Below are positions 27,458 to 42,035 of a DNA stretch of 64,000 nucleotides, piece after piece; the stretch's first letter is position 1; every line of letters begins with the position of its first letter. The position numbers and the translations under genes are program-made. The notes under the pieces were generated by a model, which was given only the letters and a program-made list of their open reading frames with translations, made no database searches and had not been told where the DNA came from. Source of the DNA: Octopus sinensis (lineage: Eukaryota); contig NC_043003.1 in NCBI RefSeq assembly GCF_006345805.1, positions 44,020,001 through 44,084,000 of the forward strand, in the 5' to 3' direction.

Positions 27458-29122
27458 GAAGAGAGTGGGTGACAGACAGACAAACAGGCAGAGTTGTATG
27501 CATGTATAGCTAGAAAGATATATAGACAATAAATTATGTATAGGTGTATGTGTGTATTTCGCTAAAGAAAAAAAATCTAATATTCGAAATAATAAAAAAT
27601 ATCGCCCCCACGAAAGTATATGATAAACATGAAAGTCGGGTCAAATACTTAAAAGCTACATAAATACAAAGTACCAAACTTTAATGTACCTCAAAGGAAA
27701 ATCACCTGGATAAGAGGCAAAAGCATTCGCTATAGAAAGAAAGAACTATTGAACATACCAACAAGTGATAACGTACTATTTGATAAAACACTTCTCAGAC
27801 ACAGATGAAATGCTCAGAAATATAGTTGAGGAAATCCTGAGAGAGCAAGTAGCAACATACGATGGAATACCTTATGAATATTCAAGTAGAATATATTGAA
27901 GTAGTATAAGATAGAATTAAGCAGCATATGTTAAAATAGTATTGAAAAAAAGTAGAAAAAGATTATTAAAATAAGTTAATTAAAGGTTGATTAAACTTAA
28001 GATCTTCGAAAAATGAAGTAAGGTACTTCTGTGAATGGGTATATCGCAGCTTGGCTGCATCAAGGTTTTGAATTAATTTTTCTACTGTCTGTAGTAGAAA
28101 GCTATCAACAACATTGAGCATGTACACTTAGGAATAAGCAGCAATAAGATTGTGGTAATAAATCTTTTAAAAAATGACACATAAGATTAATAATAACCAT
28201 ATTACGATATAGGGTGCTGAGGCTAAATTTGACAATTTTAATAAAACGGAAAGAAAATACGATATCTCTTCCAAAAATAATGGTATTTAAAAACTTCAAA
28301 AACAGTCAACATGATTCTGGCTTGGGAATAACAATTTACTCATACTGGCGCCCTCAACTTCCACCATGTCTTGAAGAAAGCTCTGGCAGCAGGCGCATGC
28401 GTTTGCAGACCCTAATTTATCTTGGCCACAAGCTTGGCCTATATATTGAAATCACAGCTGTCACTGTCATTCTGAAGCGCGTTTCACATGGCAAACCATA
28501 GGATTAAACCCGAGGCATAGGGAGACCAGAAATTGCAGTGGGCATTTCGGATTTTTCTGCACCTATTGCACGAAGGATTGAACACAGAATGTCAGAATAT
28601 CAGAAGGAATGCAGCTAAGAACGTTGTCCGACCTGCTAACGATTCTGCTACAAATTTTAATGGAAACAGCAGGATTATAAACGGAGAAACATATATAATA
28701 GCGCCATCATTTATCTATCATTTCGCTCAATTACTGGTCAACAACCGAGCGAAAAGATCATGCCGAGGAAAGGAAAGCATGGAAATATATATTGGAGAAA
28801 GAAGTAAACGGGGAAATGAAGTAAATTAGATATAGTCACGGGTGTAAATGAGAGGTAAGAAACTTACTTTCCAGACACAAGGTCCAGGTTTCAGTGTCAC
28901 AGAGTAGCTCCTTGGGCAAGTGAGTGGATTTGGTAGACGGAAACTGAAAAAAGCCATTTGGGGGTGTGTGTAGCCACTACACATTCTTTATGTTAGATCC
29001 TTGCGTTATACTAATACATCTATTTGTTTTCTACACCACCTATCTTCGTATTTTGCTTTTGTGAATTCTCCCCCATATATATATATAATATATATATATG
29101 TGTGTGTGTGCGTGAATGTGTG

Positions 29123-29207
<85 letters not shown>

Positions 29208-29216
29208 CGTGAATGT

Positions 29217-29263
<47 letters not shown>

Positions 29264-29336
29264 GTATTTATATATATGTATATACATATATGTATACATA
29301 TGTATATATATATATATATATGTATTTACATATATG

Positions 29337-29414
<78 letters not shown>

Positions 29415-29477
29415 GTGTATATATGTATGCATGTATGTATGTATGTATGTATGTGTGGCGTGTATGTGTGTGTGTCC

Positions 29478-29680
29478 GACGTTGTGCTTGTTCCTCACCG
29501 TCGCTTAACAATCGATGGTGGTGATTTTACTATCCGCAATTTGGTGGATCGGCAAAAGAGACCGATACATTAAGTACAAATTCTTGAAGAAAGTAATAAC
29601 TGGGGATTTAGTTGACTAAAATTTTGTCATGGTTGTGCCTCAGCATGGCCAAACTGTAATGAATGAAACGAGTAACAGTT
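29478..29680 (+). mobile_element. SINE 3' half, same family as 41862, decayed
   Basis: GGCAAAAGAGACCGATA..GTGCCTCAGCATGGCC..GAATGAAAC. Confidence 0.7.
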
Positions 29681-29969
29681 AAAAGATTAGAAATGTATAT
29701 TTTGCATGCATCAAATAAATACTAAAACAATAATAATCACCCCCAAACAACTAAAATTGTACATTACTCAAGCTGTCCCAATAATAAAGTATTACAATTA
29801 TACATTCATATCAAAGTTACGAGAATTAGTAAATAAACTAAATTATATTTTTAGTAATCACATTAGAAACCGAAGGATAAAACGAACATTTTTTCTTTAA
29901 TAAAATAGGGAATTATGCCAACAGTATTAAAATACACAAACAAAGCCAAGCGGAAAATAAATCGTGTGA

Positions 29970-30734
<765 letters not shown>

Positions 30735-31209
30735 CTACGTATCCAAATAAGAAAATAACTAAGGAATAAAATGTAGAGCAACGTACTCACGAGAATAATA
30801 TGGTAACAACATGTTTTATTTTATACAAAAACACTAAAAATTAAAATGGAAAAGTAAACATAGCGACAAGTCTTTGCGAAGATATTCTCACCAGGACAAA
30901 AGAGGAATGTATATATGAACCAAAATACTCTGACTTTGAAGCGGAAGTATCAAAGGTGAGATCAAAGAATATTCTATTATAGAACTTGACAAAAATATTG
31001 CCGAGAAAAAAAATTATCACATAACATATCATGCTGCAAAATACAGAAAGATACCTCAGAGTTTCTAAAGGTCGTGAAGAAGTAATCAATCATATATTTT
31101 ACTGGCAACCTAGTTTCAGTGAAGACAGGTATATTTCCAAGTATGCAGGCATACATGTATGAAGGCATCTACATTGGTATGTATGTATGAATGTGTATAT
31201 GTATGTATC

Positions 31210-31515
31210 AACGTGATCACTGTGACCGACCAGGCTATCAGATGTTGCTACACATCGCTGGTCACAATGCGTTTCGCATTGCTTTAGCCTTCAAATGACG
31301 CCACCCCGCTGGTTAAGCGGGCAGGCCAACAGAAGAGAGAGTGAGAGAAAGTTGTGGCGAAAGAGTACAGCAGGGATCGCCACCACCCCCTGCCGGAGCC
31401 TCGTGGAGCTTTAGGTATTTTCGCTCAATAAACACTCACAACGCCCTGTCTGGGAATCGAAACCGTGATCCTACGACCGCGAGTCCACTGCCCTAAACAC
31501 TGGGCAATTGCGCCT

Positions 31516-31518
<3 letters not shown>
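31210..31518 (-). mobile_element. tRNA-derived SINE, full length
   Basis: Head GGAGGCGCAATTGCCCAGTGTTTAGGG..GGTTTCGATTCCC (A and B boxes). Same family as 63794. Confidence 0.88.
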
Positions 31519-31562
<44 letters not shown>

Positions 31563-31653
31563 CACATACATACATATATATATACACATATAATGTATAT
31601 GCGTGTGTATGCATGTATGTATGTACGTATCTTTATTATATATATCGATCTAT

Positions 31654-31709
<56 letters not shown>

Positions 31710-32417
31710 GTATGTATATATAATATAGCTCTATATATATATAGAGCAGTACGTAAAATTTGCATGACAAAATATGGCATTTAAATGTGTTATTGTTAAC
31801 ATTCACTTCTTAGAATGTGAGTAAAAATACAAATGTAAAGTTTATGCATGTCGTTGACATCATAGATGGTAGAATACCTGTACATTCAAACCCAAATGCA
31901 CGCACAGAGGGCAAAAATTTAATGCTGAATTGAATAAACTTTTTCCGAACTCCAATGGTCAGGTGCAAATTTGACTGCACGTAAATGCGCTTCTGTATTC
32001 CAACTAATTTGAATGCTCTCGACGGGCATTTTAATTTCAATGATGAATATGCTAAATCCATTGCTCGAAGTGTGAAATTGAATGATCTGGAAATGAATTT
32101 GAATAGCTAACTTCATAGCGCTAATTTTCTTCGAATCTTTAAATGACCCGATTATATAATTGAATGACGAACGTACGAAAATGACTGCAAAAATCTATAC
32201 TATTCTAAATTCAAACCCACGATTATATGGTTTATTAATTCTTTCTATGATAATATCATATTTATCCTCTACTATTTATTACACAGTTCATGACAGCTTT
32301 GATGGACCAAGAACAGACGACTTAAATGATTTGAATATCTATATCTATATCTACTAGGTCAAGATTCAAACACATAATATTCTTTATAGGCAGAGTGTGT
32401 TTAATATTAGGTACATA

Positions 32418-32523
<106 letters not shown>

Positions 32524-33120
32524 ATATTAACATTTGACATGTTTCAGTAATTGACTGAGATCATGCTGGCGGTATGCATTGAGCTGTTAATTGTTCCAAT
32601 CGACCACAGTACATACAGTAATTACTTTATGTCAAGTACTTCTCCTATAGGCCTCTTTTGCGCAATGAAATTTTACCGGTGACATTAACGAAGCAAAATG
32701 TACTGCAAAGGAGTGAAAGGTGAACACAATCACAAAAATAAAAATGCTTGTGCATAAACACGCGTGAACATATACGCACACATTCACAGACACAGCCACA
32801 CACAAAACCACCCAAACATACAAGCACACACACAAAAGTTAATATGTAATGCATGATGTACGGTATATTTCGGCACAAATAATTCGTTAGGCAATAATAG
32901 GGCCCAAATGGAAGAAATATAGCATGGGGTCACTGCTTAGGATATTGGACCTTTTCGGATTTAGTATTAAGGTTATAGAACAAATACCATGAAACTTAGT
33001 ACACAGGGGTAAAAATTGTAGAAAGGTTACACCCACTTTGTTGTCTGTTACTTGAAAAGAATGTATTTCTTTTCACACAGAAGATAGTCAGTCGCCATTT
33101 CTCTTTGGATAGAGAGTACT

Positions 33121-33171
<51 letters not shown>

Positions 33172-33688
33172 GTGAATGGAAGAAATGGAGTTGAACGAAG
33201 ATTGTACAGAATTCCTTTTATTACATTCTACACATGTTTCAAAGGCCACGATTTTCCAAATTCTGATTAAATAAGGATACTATATTGCAGCTTTCTCTTC
33301 AGGAAAAACCAGGAATTACGTTGTCAGAACAAAACAAAACAAAGGCGCAGCAAAGCAATTCGAACGAGGACGCTCCTTAAGAGCCCATGGGTAAAATGTT
33401 TATCAATGTACGTTGAAATCGGGGGGTTGGTGGGGGCCGACAAAAGGTCCGTTGGAATAAATCCAGGTCAGGCCGCGGTCAAATCTAGTAGGTGAGGAAT
33501 TAATGAGAACAAGGGGTGTGGAGATGTTCTATGTGACCAAAGCTAATGTTCTGAATATTTTAAGAATACAGGGTGTGTTTTTTTGGGTGCGAGACAAAAC
33601 CTACCTAAAAGCATGTATGTGTATACTAGCCTATGTGTGCGCCGCCGTAATAATCCGTAACAAGATAATTCATCTTTCCATTTCAACA

Positions 33689-33743
<55 letters not shown>

Positions 33744-34208
33744 ATATATATATATATATATTTAGTTAATCCAAACATGAACAAAAAGAACACACTACAA
33801 CGCGAGGACATGGAATGAGTATTGTTTTATTGGACGCTCAGGAAAGGAAAGAAAGAAGGATGTTTTCAAGTTTCGAGCGGTGCCCTTCGTCGGAAATATA
33901 GAAAAAAAGATAATGTCCAAAGAACGGAAGACGGAGAAAGAAAATCGCCAACGATACACACGCAGCCACATATTGAAATGACCGGAAAGGGTCTGGGTGA
34001 AGAAAACTTCATTCAATACAGGAGAGCGCAAGAGAGGGAGGTATATGTGTGTATGTAAGGATATGTGTGTATGCGTGAGGGTGTGTGTGTGTGGATATAT
34101 ATATATATATATATATGATTGATTGATTGATTGATTGATTCTAGTTTCAGCTTATGAGCTGTGGCCATGCTGGGGCACCGCCATTTGGTGTTGCTACTTG
34201 GTTTCACT

Positions 34209-37185
34209 TCATGGAGGCTTTCTAGCAACTGCTATTTGGTGCATGAGAGAGTTCGATGCAGCTGCCCTCATCTGCCCCTCCTGCCTTGAAGTTGGTTCAT
34301 CTGGGACACCTGACAGGAAGAGATCCAGCTTCATTTTAAAGACATCTGTATCCACCCCATGCAGGTCTCTCAGGTTCTTCGGGAGGATATTGAAGAGCTG
34401 TGGGCCTCGGAAGCCCAGGCTATCACAGAATCTTGTCCTACATCTTGATGGCAGGTTTGGAGTCCTAGGCACCACGCAGTGGCGCCCAGTTCTGGCATTT
34501 GCGTAACTCTCGATGCCAAAGTTCAGGACACTTCCCTCCAGGATCTTCCAGATGTATATTATGGCATATCTTTCCCGCCTACGCTCCAGGGAATATAATT
34601 TTAATCTCTTGAGTCTTTCCCAGTAGCTTACATTCTGCATAGAGGCTATCTTCTTTGTGTAGCTTCGTTGGATCGCCTCAAGTTCTGTGATCAACTTGAC
34701 ACTGGATGGTGACCATAGCTGAGAGCAATAGTCAAAGTGGCTTAGGACAAGTGTCTTCCAGAGGACCATCATGGTTTCTTGTTCTCTTGTTCTAAAGGTT
34801 CTAAGAATCCATCCAGCCAGCCGTCTACATTTCATTGTCAGTTTAGCAACATGTACATGAAAGGTCGCGTCATCACTCATGTGAATACCCAGGTCACGCA
34901 CTGATTGTGCCTTTGGGATTGCAATCCCTCCGGGTCCAGTGTATTCATTGGGTATTGCATTCAGTTTTGCATGCTGATAGTATAAAGCTTGAAACTTTCC
35001 AGCATTGAACTGCATGCTATTCTTTTCAGCCTACTTGTATATTTCGTCCAGCTCACATTGCAGGTGTTTAGTGTCCTCAGGGTTCTGTATTGCCTGTGAA
35101 ACTTTTGTATCATCTGCATAACTTGTGATCGTGGCTCTCTGCGTGGTTGAGGGCATGTCTGAGAGGGCCATTATGAACAGTAGTGGTCCCAGAACAGTGC
35201 CCTGCGGAACACCGCTCACTATTTGTGTGTTAATGGAGGTGGCCCCATTGGCTACTACCACCTGACTTCTATCCTTCAGAAAGTCATGAAGCCATTCTCC
35301 CAGTTTTCCAACTACGTTGAGATCACGCAGTTTGTGACATATCATTCCATGATCGACTTTATCAAAGGCCTTTGCAAAGTCGAGATATATCACTTCCACA
35401 TTTGAGTGGCTAAGCAGCCGTTTCAGCACCCAGTCATAGTGTTGTAGGAGCTGAGTTAAACAGCTTCTCCCTGGTCGGAAACCATGTTGGGTGTCGGGCA
35501 GCAAGTCATTCTCTTCAAGGAAGGTGATCAGCTTCCTTCTGACTATTCGTTCCATGACCTTGCTTATGTGTGAGGTCAGAGAGATAGGTCTATAGTTCTT
35601 GGCTTCCGCTCTGCTACCTCCTTTATGAATGGGGCATATTTTACCTTCCTTCAGTTTTCCTGGAAGTTTGCCAGCTGCAAGGAAGCTCTGAAAGAGGAAC
35701 TGCAGTGGTCTTGCTAGGACTCTCTTACATGCTTTTAGGAGGATCGCCGGGAATCCATCGGGGCCAGTAGCTGAGTCTGTTTTCATTTCATCTATAGCCT
35801 TGGTTACATCGTCTTCCTTTATATCGATGTAATCTATCGTCGCCGCCTCTGATTTTATATCTGCAGTGGTAAAAAAGTCAGTTGGATTGGTGATTTGGAG
35901 ATGCCCGAGGGGTGGAGTGAAAACACTCTTGAATTCTCATTCAGTATTTCACTTACCCTCATTGGTTTTCCTGTAAGTGTGCCATCCTTTTCGAGGAGTG
36001 CACTGTAGCTGTTTCTTTGGCATACCTGTAGAAAGCTCTGGGGTTAGATTTTATGTTTTCTATAGCCCAGGCTTCTTTGTCTGCTCTTTCTTTTTCATGG
36101 GAGAGTTGCAGACATTTTTCGATTTCCAACAGTTTTATTTTTAGGTGGGACTTTTCACTGCTTTCAATCTGTTTGTTTAGGCGATTTGAAAATTTCGTAC
36201 GCCGTCTCATTAAAATTTTCCTCTCTCTGGGGATTTTGTTCTTGTACAGTGGCCTTTCTCTCTGGGACACATTTGTAGCATATGGCTTGCATTACAGACA
36301 TGAATTGTTGAAGTTTCACGTCGATGTCTGGCGAGGAGAGACATTTAGGCCAGTTTTGTTTGAGGATCTCTTTCTCAATTGTTTCCAGTTTGCCTTATGG
36401 TAGTTCAAGCTGGAAAGATTTTGAGGGTTTCTTGTAGGCTGCATGTCCGTGCTCTCTTTTGGCCCGTACATGGTCAGCTCTATCATGTTGTGATCCGAGA
36501 GTAGTGTCGGTGTCACTTTCACATTATGGATGAGATCCATGTCATCTGTGAAGCAGAGATCCAGTGTGTTACCTGCCCTGGTTGGTTGGAGTATTATCTG
36601 CTCCATGTACAGGGTGTTGATGAGGTTCAGGAGGGACCTCGCCTGTCCTCGTTCACATCTTGTCATTCCTGGAGAGAAAGGCCCTCGGGCCATCTGACAT
36701 TGGGCAGATTGAAGTCTCCCATAAGAAGCACACCTATGTGTTGTTCTAATGTGGTTAGAATTTCTTCTATTTTTATAAGGCAGTCTTCAAACTTGCCCAC
36801 ATGGCTTGGGGCATCTGGAGGGCGATATGTAGCACACACACTACATCAAGTTGCCTAATATGTACAATTAGTGTGTCACACACACACAGTTTGAGTATGA
36901 CAAGAGGACCTGGGGTGTGAGGTCCTCACGGATGTACATAGCAACACCTCCATGACTCCTTTCTTTCCTGTCGGTCCGTAGTACAGCATACTGTGGTATG
37001 TGTAACTCCGCATCTGCTATGTCCGGTTTCAGGTGCGTTTCTGTAAGTGCTATGCATAAGGCTTGATTGCATGCAACAAAGTCTCCCAGGAACGGGATCT
37101 TTGTCCTGTTACTGAGTGTTTGCAGTCCTCTGATGTTCAGTAGGAGTATCGAGGTGAGGTCTACGTTGTTGCCGGCGGTGTCCAT
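34209..37185 (-). pseudogene. LINE ORF2 (apurinic endonuclease + reverse transcriptase), broken by a few frameshifts and one TGG>TAG
   Basis: Track ORFs 36868-37293, 36316-36693, 35959-36270, 35031-35786 and 34209-35015 are consecutive pieces. The last two are in frame across a single stop (EIYK*AEKNSMQFN). A (CA)n run near 36875 shifts the APE frame. Confidence 0.92.
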
Positions 37186-38046
37186 CCTGTGTCTGTTTGC
37201 TGTGATGGTCTGGTATATAGTGGGTAGTCCCACCTGCGGGCTTGGGTTTGATGAAGCCAGGTCAGCTGCTGTACAATCTTTTGTGCCATGCACAAAAAAG
37301 ATTCTTGCTCAGCAGCTGCTCTTTCGACAACATCATGTTGGCTGTTTGTGGCGCGCACAACATCTGCGTACCTCCGCTTTGGGGCAGGTGGTGCGTAGTC
37401 CATCCCTTTTCTTTGTGTTGATGGTTTGTCCATCTGCCTCGTGTCTCTGTGGCAGGGTCCCCGATGTGCAAAGCGGCAGCCTGCACCTTCCTTTCCGTGC
37501 CAGCAGGAACCTCTCAGGTAGAACATACACACCCGTGTGCGCTGTTTGGTTCCATCCTTTGCGGTTCCACTTCTACTCCTGGTTGTTTCTCTCTTTGGTC
37601 CTGCTTGAGCTTTTTCTTTTCCTTTAGCTCTTCCAGTCCTTCTTTTAGTTCTTCTTCCTCCATCTACCTGTTCACTGGGTTCTCCGTCTCCATGGCCCTT
37701 GCTGCCGGTTGGAGAACTTGCACCTGGGTTCACTTCCCGGGCAGGTTTCTCATTCAAAACCTCCTCCTGGGCGTCCACCAGGTGGGGGTGACTTCTTTCA
37801 TCGTCTCCATTCTTGCCATCTTTGCCCCGCTCGTTCTCAAAGATGGCATCAAGTGCGCCAATGTGCGACCGTACAAGCGCATATGAGCGCACGAATTCCT
37901 GTCTCTTTCGCTCCATCTGAGCCGCTGTCCTCTTGTCCTCTGCTCTTCAGCGCAGCCGCAATCACCTCGCTAGGGCTATCTCCGCCGGCGCACTCCCATG
38001 CTCGTACGAATAAATCCAGCTCGTCACGTCTCCATGCTCTGGACAT
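37161..38046 (-). pseudogene. LINE ORF1, about 295 aa if one frameshift near 37945 is repaired; contains a C-x7-C-x8-C-x3-H (CCCH) finger
   Basis: ORF 37849-38046 (MSRAWRRDELDLFVRAWE..EVIAAALK) joins ORF 37161-37916 (AEDKRTAAQMERKRQEF..) by a 1-nt shift. Finger: CMFYLRGSCWHGKEGAGCRFAH. It overlaps the ORF2 ATG (37185) by 25 nt. Confidence 0.8.
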
Positions 38047-38099
38047 GCTGGATAATCCGTCTATCCGTTTATCTATCTAATTATGTTCGAGAGAAGACA

Positions 38100-39180
38100 G
38101 GAAGATATTAAGGCTAATTAGAAGATAGAGTACTTGAAAAAGAATATTAACAATATTAAAGTTTGTGTAAAAACGTTATTTGGGTAAAAACGTTATTTAA
38201 TCTTAAGGCTAATTAGGAGATAGAGTATCTGAAAATATATTAGCAATATTAATATTATATTAGAGTGTGGTAAAAAAAACGTTATTTATCTTAAGGCTAA
38301 TTTGGAGATAGAGTATCTGAAAATATGTCTGAAATATATTAGCAATTTATATTAATTAGAGTGTGGGTAATATTAAACGTTATTTAATTTAATCTTAAGG
38401 CTATTTAGAAGACAGAGTATCTGAAAATTATATACAATATTAAGCAATATTAACCGTTATTTAATTTAATCTTAAGGCTAATTAAAGATAAGTATCTAAA
38501 ATATATTAGCAATATTAATATTATATTAGAGTGTGGATAAAAACGTTATTTAATCTTAAGGCTAAGGCTAATCAGGAGATAGAGTATCTGAAAATATATT
38601 AGCAATGTTAATATTATATTTGAGTGTGGGTAATATTAAACGTTATTTAATTTAATCTTAAGGCTAATTAGAAGATAGAGTATCTGAAGAATTATTAACA
38701 ATATTAAAACAATATTAAACGTTATTTAATTTAATCTTAAGGCTAATTAACAATAATTATTAACAATATTAAACAATATTAAACGTTATTTAATTTAATC
38801 CTAAGGCTAATTACAATAATTATTAACATATTAAACATATTAAACGTTATTTAATTTAATCCTAAGGCTAATTAACAATAATTATTAACAATATTAAACG
38901 TTATTTAATTTAATCCTAAGGCTAATTAGACGTTATTAATATTAAACGTTATTTAATTTAATCTTAAGGCTAATTAGAAGATAGAGTATCTGAAAAATTA
39001 TTAACAATATTAAAACAATATTAAACGTTATTTAATTTAATCTTAAGGCTAATTAACAATATTAAACAATATTAAACGTTATTTAATTTAATCCTAAGGC
39101 TAATTTGACGGTATCAATATTAAACGTTATTTAATTTAATCTTAAGGCTAATTAGAAGATAGAGTATCTGGAAAATTATT
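38100..39180. repeat. AT-rich tandem array (about 15 units of roughly 50-90 bp, core AAACGTTATTTAATTTAATCYTAAGGCTAATT) upstream of LINE ORF1
   Basis: TAAGGCTA recurs about 15 times. Long units carry AGAAGATAGAGTATCTG and short units lack it. Confidence 0.9.
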
Positions 39181-39647
39181 ATATCGAGAACAGTTATTGA
39201 AAATGTAAACAAACCAAATGACGATCGCAACTTTAACTAAGATGTGGGCCTAAGTGAAAGATAAAATAGAATAATAAATAAAATATGAAATAGATGAAAT
39301 TGATACTTAATCCAACAATGTGGTCTGGATTATTATTTTTTTTTGGTTTACGGGATTTTTTTTCAGGAGAGATGCTTCTTTTTTCTTTCTTGCAGGAGAT
39401 AACTTGATTCAGTTATTTTTGCACCATGTGCGTTTCGGCGAAAATGAAAATTACTGTGTATATGTATATATTTATATATATATTTTTTAAAATATTTTTA
39501 ACCAAAGTGTTGTAGTGATCTCTATGACTTAGAGTTTTACGTTTTGCAACTACAGTGGGTTATTTCGCCGTTCTATGCAGACTTTTTCACAGAGCAAAGG
39601 CAATCACGTCTTTCTCTGCTGAAAACGGAACCAGATATATATATATA

Positions 39648-39730
<83 letters not shown>

Positions 39731-40586
39731 CATATATATATATTTTAATATATATATATATGTATGCATATATATGTATGTATGTATAAGTTAAACAGGA
39801 ATATATAAACATGGAGGTGGCGAAGGAATCAAACCACAAATAATAGTTGAATGTTAAAAAAATCCTAAAACGTCTTCAGACAATTTTCTTGTTAAAACAA
39901 ACCTAAAACATTATCAGCATTTTTATTCTTCATTTAAATCATTTTTTGTCGCGTCTTTATACATATATATATGTATGTATGTATGTTTGTATGTATGTAT
40001 GTATATGTATGTATGTATTATGTATGTATATACATTTGCCTGAAGTAAATTGGTAAGTTATTAATATTATTATCTTTTTTTTTTCAGGAGGTCGATTACA
40101 ACAGTCTATTTTAGGCGAATAGCAACAGCGAAAACATTACAGCAGCAGAAACTAAAACAAGAATCATAATGAAGATGATGAGAAAGAAAAATGACGCTGA
40201 TAATTATAATCCAGCTGATATTACAACTATGTCTACATTTTCATGAAGTATATATTGAGACGAACCTATGAGATTTCATTACTTGAATTCACTGCTCTAC
40301 GATTGTTAAGTAGATAGTTTGATTAAATTGAAAAAAAAAAAACACAGTGACAGCTGGCAGACATCATATACGAGACAGAAAGCTAGTAAATAATTTTCGT
40401 TTGATATCATTCACTCACTCAAAGAATGTCTGCAGTTTCCAGTTACACAGTTACCATGCTATGAAAATAACTAATCAAATATAATGGAAATAACGATATT
40501 TTTTACAGGAAAATAAATGTCAACTCTGATTATATATATATTTATATATGTGTGTGTATGTATGTATGTATATATATATATATTAT

Positions 40587-40656
<70 letters not shown>

Positions 40657-41387
40657 TATATATATATAATGTGTATGCATGTCGTCGACATCATGGATAG
40701 TAAGAAACATACACACTCATACCCAGACAGACAGTAAAAAGTGAAACCTAGACGTGATTGCTACAGGTGATATATATTGATGAAATAGGAGTTCTATGAT
40801 AATGTCTACACAAAAAAAAAAAATAAAATGAAGTCGCTAATAATATGATACTTTTGTTATTATTTCGTACGAATGTTTCTGTAAATATTTGCTACTTAAA
40901 AACTAACGCGAGTTCACTATCAAAGACATACGCATATACATACAGATATAAATGTACGTGCCCATGTGTGTAATTAAAAGTGTGTCAATGTGAAAATACG
41001 CATATGTTCATGCGTAAACAGCTAACAAGGAGGGAAGTTATGCATGATTTTGATACAAATGAAATAATAGTATTTTATTTTGGTATGTTTCAATTTTCGA
41101 ATATCTTCCGCTCTATTTAATAACCGATATATATGAAAGCATAAATGAAAACTGTGACACACTCCTAAATTCACACATTCATATGCAACTGCGCTCCGAA
41201 GAGTGTTTCTGAACCTAATGTTCTACACGCCATTATTTAAGGACTTACCCGCACTGCCTACTGCTAAATTTGCATATGTACATGTATATATATATATATA
41301 TGTGTGTGTAAAGTTAATCCAAACAAGAAAGCACAAAAAAGACGACACGAGGGTGTGTGTACGTGTACATATATCTAGCTATCGAAC

Positions 41388-41512
<125 letters not shown>

Positions 41513-41861
41513 TTAGATAGATAGACAAATATTCTTACATACGTATGTGTAGACATATATTTGAATATATATGCATATACGTAGGTATATTAAATTGCGA
41601 ATTAAAAGTAGCGCTGGTAATGTGAATATCATGGCCTGCATGTATGCATTGTTTAAAACATATACGTAGATATTAAATTTAAATATGTTATATTAATTTA
41701 TTGTATAACTTCCTTATTTTAATAGTATATACCACCAAGCAGTTTTTATACAACGTTTGTATGCGTATATACGTTATAGTGTATATTTATCTTAATGCGA
41801 AAACATGTCTCTCTCTCCCTCTCTTTGTATATATATATCATTTTTTCTTTTTTTTTACTTT

Positions 41862-42035
41862 TACTTGTTTCAGTCATTTGACTGCGGCCAGGCAGGAGCA
41901 CCGCCTTTAGTCGAACAATTCGACCACATGACTTACTCGTCGTTAGCCTTTTGCCGAACCGCTAGTTTACGAGGATGTAAACCCAACAGCGTCGGTTGTC
42001 AAGCGTTGTTGGGGGGACAGACACTCGACACACAC
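41862..42035 (-). mobile_element. SINE 3' half ending in a LINE-like tail
   Basis: TTTCAGTCATTTGACTGCGGCCA..GAGCACCGCC. Homologous to 63530-63750 and, reversed, to 29480-29680. Confidence 0.8.

Larger units (their letters stand above)
34117..39232 (-). mobile_element. Near full-length CR1/L2-group non-LTR retrotransposon (ORF1 + APE-RT ORF2), lightly decayed
   Basis: ORF2 has APE motifs (LLLNIRGL, IALTETHL, RSHGGVAMYIRE, MGDFNLP, TLDLCF, LSDHNMI), RT motifs (NYRPISLTSHISKVMERIV, QHGFRPGRSC, YLDFAKAFDKVDH, GVPQGTVLGPLLF, YADDTK) and the CR1-type C-terminus YSLERRRERY. The 3' end has an (ATCA)n tail at 34117-34140. The 5' boundary is an estimate. Confidence 0.93.

Noticed and set aside
31440-31518. 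tRNA-like sequences here and at 10800-10860, 12960-13020, 54020-54070, 63794-63850
   Set aside because: A/B boxes are present but there is no full cloverleaf, and each continues into a SINE body.
33468-33484. AGGTCA-n5-CGGTCA, DR5-like nuclear receptor element
   Set aside because: The second half-site is non-consensus and a single match is expected by chance.
38100-39180. Repeat array superficially like a CRISPR array
   Set aside because: Eukaryotic context, variable monomers without unique spacers, and no cas genes.
40052-40087. GTAAGT..TTTTCAG perfect donor and acceptor
   Set aside because: They are only about 36 nt apart, too short for a typical intron, and downstream frames close quickly.
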